Shown here in pieces: positions 26,316 to 29,145 of a stretch of 29,145 nucleotides of DNA (position 1 is the stretch's first letter; each line of letters begins with the position of its first letter). This DNA is from Halobacteriaceae archaeon. Lineage in GTDB: Archaea; Halobacteriota; Halobacteria; Halobacteriales; Halobacteriaceae. The stretch spans positions 1-29,145 of the forward strand of contig JBDGTS010000050.1 of NCBI GenBank assembly GCA_042216675.1. Reading direction: 5' to 3'. A program made the position numbers and the translations under genes. The notes under the pieces are model-generated. The model did not search any database. It was given only the letters and a program-made list of their open reading frames with translations, and was not told where the DNA came from.

Positions 26316-27407
26316 ATGGACGCCGACTCGGACCTCCTGAGCCTCGCTCGTGACCTCGTCGAACTGCCGAGCCACGAGGACGCGACGGCCTGTGGAGATC
26401 ACATCGCGTCGTGGCTCCGCGCGGAGACGGACGCGACGGTCGCCCGCGACGACGCCGGCAACGTCGTCGCCCGCGCCGGGTCCGGTCCGTCGCTGGCCTT
26501 CGTCGGCCACCATGACGTGGTGCCGCCGGACGACGAGGCACAGTTCGACCCCGCGGTGCGCGAGGGGCGCCTCTACGGCCGGGGGAGCGCCGACATGAAA
26601 GGCGCCCTCGCGGCGGCGATGTGCGCGTTCCGCGACGCCCTTGCGGGTGAGTTCGACGGCGAACTCGTCTTCGCCAGTTTCGTCGGCGAGGAGATGGGCG
26701 GCGAGGGCGCACGACACGCCATCGAGAGCGGATTCGCGCCGGACTACGCCGTCGTCGGCGAGGGGTCGACGGGCTACTCGGCGCCGGGCGTCACCGACGT
26801 GGCCATCGCGCACAAGGGCCGCCGGGGGAGCGTCCTCGTCGCCGAGGGCGAGAGCGCCCACGCCAGCGAAGTCGACGAGGGCGTGAACGCCATCTACCGG
26901 GTCTGTGACGCCGTGGACGTGGTGCGTGACCTCGATGCCCCGACGGCGGAGGTGCTGGGCCACCGGCTTCGGGGGAGCCTCGCCGTCACGGAAATCGAGG
27001 GCGGCGAGGCGTGGAACGTCGTCCCGGACCGGTGTGCGGTCACGGTGGACGAGCGGACCGTCCCCGGCGAACGCGCGGCCCTCGACAGCGCTGCCATCGA
27101 GGGCGTGACGTGGACCGTCGAGCAGGACTTGCCCCCGATGCGCTGTGGCGACGCCGACTTCGCGGACTTCGTGACGGACGCCGCTGCGGACGCACAGGAC
27201 GACGCCCCCGCACAGGTCGTCAAGCCACACGCCACCGACGCGGGGTGGCTCTCCGACGCTGGCACCACCTGCGTCGTCTGTGGCCCGGCCGAACCGGGTG
27301 AGGCACACACCGCCGACGAGAGCGTCGGCCTCGACGTGTTGCGGCGCTGTCAGCGCATCTATCGCACGGCCTACGAGGAGTGGCCCCACCGGGCGCTGGC
27401 CGTGTGA
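26316..27407 (+). CDS. M20 family metallopeptidase (ArgE/DapE-like)
   Basis: GHHDVV, GRGSADMKG, GEE, VVGE, AHKG, AHTADE. Confidence 0.93.
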   Translation: MDADSDLLSLARDLVELPSHEDATACGDHIASWLRAETDATVARDDAGNVVARAGSGPSLAFVGHHDVVPPDDEAQFDPAVREGRLYGRGSADMKGALAAAMCAFRDALAGEFDGELVFASFVGEEMGGEGARHAIESGFAPDYAVVGEGSTGYSAPGVTDVAIAHKGRRGSVLVAEGESAHASEVDEGVNAIYRVCDAVDVVRDLDAPTAEVLGHRLRGSLAVTEIEGGEAWNVVPDRCAVTVDERTVPGERAALDSAAIEGVTWTVEQDLPPMRCGDADFADFVTDAAADAQDDAPAQVVKPHATDAGWLSDAGTTCVVCGPAEPGEAHTADESVGLDVLRRCQRIYRTAYEEWPHRALAV

Positions 27408-27451
27408 CCGCGACCCAAACCGTAACTCCGTCCGTCCCGTAGCGACGCCGA

Positions 27452-28975
27452 ATGCAGACAGACCGCCGCGAGGGACTCGTCTGGGCCGGCGCCGGGGCGC
27501 TCTGGGTCGTCGGACTGGCCCTCGTCCGCCCGCTGACCGGGGACCTCCTCGACCCGCCGGTGTCGGCCGTCGTCGCCGCCGCGCCGGGATGGCTGGCGAC
27601 GGCGGCCATCGAGGCGTTCGGCGGCGCGGCCCAGTCGCTGCTCGCGGCCGGGAGCGCGCTGGCGATTCTCGCGCTCCTCGGCCTCGCGGGGGCGCTCTCG
27701 GCTCGGTCCCCGCCGCTCTGGGCCGTCGGTGGCGCGTTCGGGGGCGGCGCGTTCGGCCTCTACTGGCTCGTTCCGCTCCCGGTCCGCCCGATCGGGGTCC
27801 TCGCGGCCGTCGCGACGGCGCTCCCGCCAGTCCTGTTCGTCCGCGCGGGCCGCACCGCCGCGTGGCAGGGCACCGACCACGCTCGCCGCCGGTCGATGCG
27901 CCGCGTCGTGCGCGGCGGTGCCGCCGTCGGCGCGATGGGCGTCCTCTCGAAGGCGGGCGCGTGGGTCGGGGCCGGGGTCGGCGCGCCGCGGGCGGACGAC
28001 CCGCTCCCCGACCGGTACAAGCGCGAGACGGGGCGCACCGTCGGCAGTCCGAACACGGGCACCGACAGCGCCGGCGAGACGACGGGCGCGTTCGGCTTCG
28101 ACTTCGCGGGGATGCCGCCCCGCGTCGAGGACGACGACGACCACTACGTCGTGGACATCAACCGACAGGACCCGGTCGTGCGCGCCGATTCGTGGACGCT
28201 CACGGTGACGGGCGCCGTCGCGTCGCCGGCCGAGTATTCGCTCGACGACTTGATCGACCACCCCGACGCCGTCTCGGTGCCGGTGACGATGGTGTGCATC
28301 TCGAACGAGGTGGGCGGCGACCTCATCTCGACGACGACGTGGCAGGCCGTTCCGCTCGACGCACTCCTCGACTCGGCCGGCGTCCGCGACGAGGCGGTGG
28401 ACGTGGTGACCCGTGCCGTCGACGGCTACTCCGAGGCCATCCCCGTCGAGGCGGCCCGTGAGATGGCCGCCTTCGTCGCGTTCGGCGCGGGCGGGTCCAC
28501 GCTTCGGTCCGCCCACGGGTTCCCCGCCCGCCTGCTCCTCCCCGGGCGTTACGGGATGAAGTCGACCAAGTGGCTCACCGAAATCGAACTCTCGACGAGC
28601 GAACACGACGCGTTCTGGGAGGCCCGCGGCTGGGACGAGGAGGCGGTGGTCAACACTCTCGCCTACGTCCGGGGCGCCGCGCGCCGCGACGGCGAGGTGG
28701 CAGTCGGCGGCGTGGCCTACGCCGGCGAACGCGGCATCGACAGCGTGGCGGTGAGCCACGACGGCGGCGAGACGTGGCACGAGGCCGAACTGGAGGCCCC
28801 GCCCTCGCCGTACGCGTGGCGGCGCTGGCGCCACATCTTCCCGGCCCCCGACGCGGACGAGGTGACCGTCGTCGCGCGCGCCGTCGACGGCACCGGGGAA
28901 CGCCAGACGGCCGAGCGTTCCGGTCCCCACCCCGGCGGGTCGACCGGTTGGCACCACAAGACCATCTCCCTGTGA
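27452..28975 (+). CDS. Membrane-bound molybdopterin oxidoreductase (sulfite-oxidase family)
   Basis: N-terminal TM helices, Mo-ligand TMVCISN, HGFPARLLLPGRYGMKSTKWL, FWEARGW, C-terminal Ig-like domain (VSHDGGETW, ARAVDGTG). Confidence 0.92.
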   Translation: MQTDRREGLVWAGAGALWVVGLALVRPLTGDLLDPPVSAVVAAAPGWLATAAIEAFGGAAQSLLAAGSALAILALLGLAGALSARSPPLWAVGGAFGGGAFGLYWLVPLPVRPIGVLAAVATALPPVLFVRAGRTAAWQGTDHARRRSMRRVVRGGAAVGAMGVLSKAGAWVGAGVGAPRADDPLPDRYKRETGRTVGSPNTGTDSAGETTGAFGFDFAGMPPRVEDDDDHYVVDINRQDPVVRADSWTLTVTGAVASPAEYSLDDLIDHPDAVSVPVTMVCISNEVGGDLISTTTWQAVPLDALLDSAGVRDEAVDVVTRAVDGYSEAIPVEAAREMAAFVAFGAGGSTLRSAHGFPARLLLPGRYGMKSTKWLTEIELSTSEHDAFWEARGWDEEAVVNTLAYVRGAARRDGEVAVGGVAYAGERGIDSVAVSHDGGETWHEAELEAPPSPYAWRRWRHIFPAPDADEVTVVARAVDGTGERQTAERSGPHPGGSTGWHHKTISL

Positions 28976-29015
28976 GGAGGTGAACTTTCTTGGCCGGCGC
29001 CGCCCTGTCTCGGGC

Positions 29016-29145
29016 ATGGCCGACGCCTACGACGACTTGCTCGACCAGTACGCCCGGAAGGCCAACATCTCGAACGCGAAGGGCCACCTTCAGTGGGACC
29101 AGGAGGTCATGATGCCCGAGGGCGGCACGCCCGCCCGCTCCCAGC
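29016..29145 (+). CDS. Carboxypeptidase M32 (Taq-type), N-terminus, truncated by window
   Basis: My translation: MADAYDDLLDQYARKANISNAKGHLQWDQEVMMPEGGTPARSQ. LxWDQEVMMP is the M32 N-terminal signature. Confidence 0.9.
   Translation, partial: MADAYDDLLDQYARKANISNAKGHLQWDQEVMMPEGGTPARSQ

Overview
Very GC-rich chromosomal window from a halophilic archaeon (class Halobacteria). The assignment rests on acidic proteins, archaeal markers (aIF1/SUI1, Sec61beta, ABCE1, NOG1, PINA, archaemetzincin) and TATA-like boxes about 25-30 nt before apparently leaderless start codons. It holds about 37 densely packed CDS, nearly all housekeeping or conserved haloarchaeal genes: aconitase (3' end), rimI cluster, MoxR-DUF58-transglutaminase operon, F420 genes (mer-like, cofE, npdG), engB, hisE, pdxT, thioredoxin, M20 and M32 peptidases, and a membrane molybdoenzyme. 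I found no transposase, integrase, CRISPR array, tRNA or rRNA. The most unusual signal is non-coding: three related modular intergenic elements (315-444, 21380-21540, 24173-24361). Each starts 0-2 nt after a TAA stop, and these are the only 3 TAA stops among the 36 stop codons I called. They keep stem pairing while changing stem sequence. Their minus strand repeatedly reads as GC-GNA-GC mini-hairpins with tandem GA/GA mismatches, a pattern known to stabilise single-stranded DNA folds. Also notable are a 31-bp tandem hairpin array (11055-11170) and a PDZ-less Tat-lipoprotein S1C protease with large insertions. All family names are from motif recognition and memory, not database searches.
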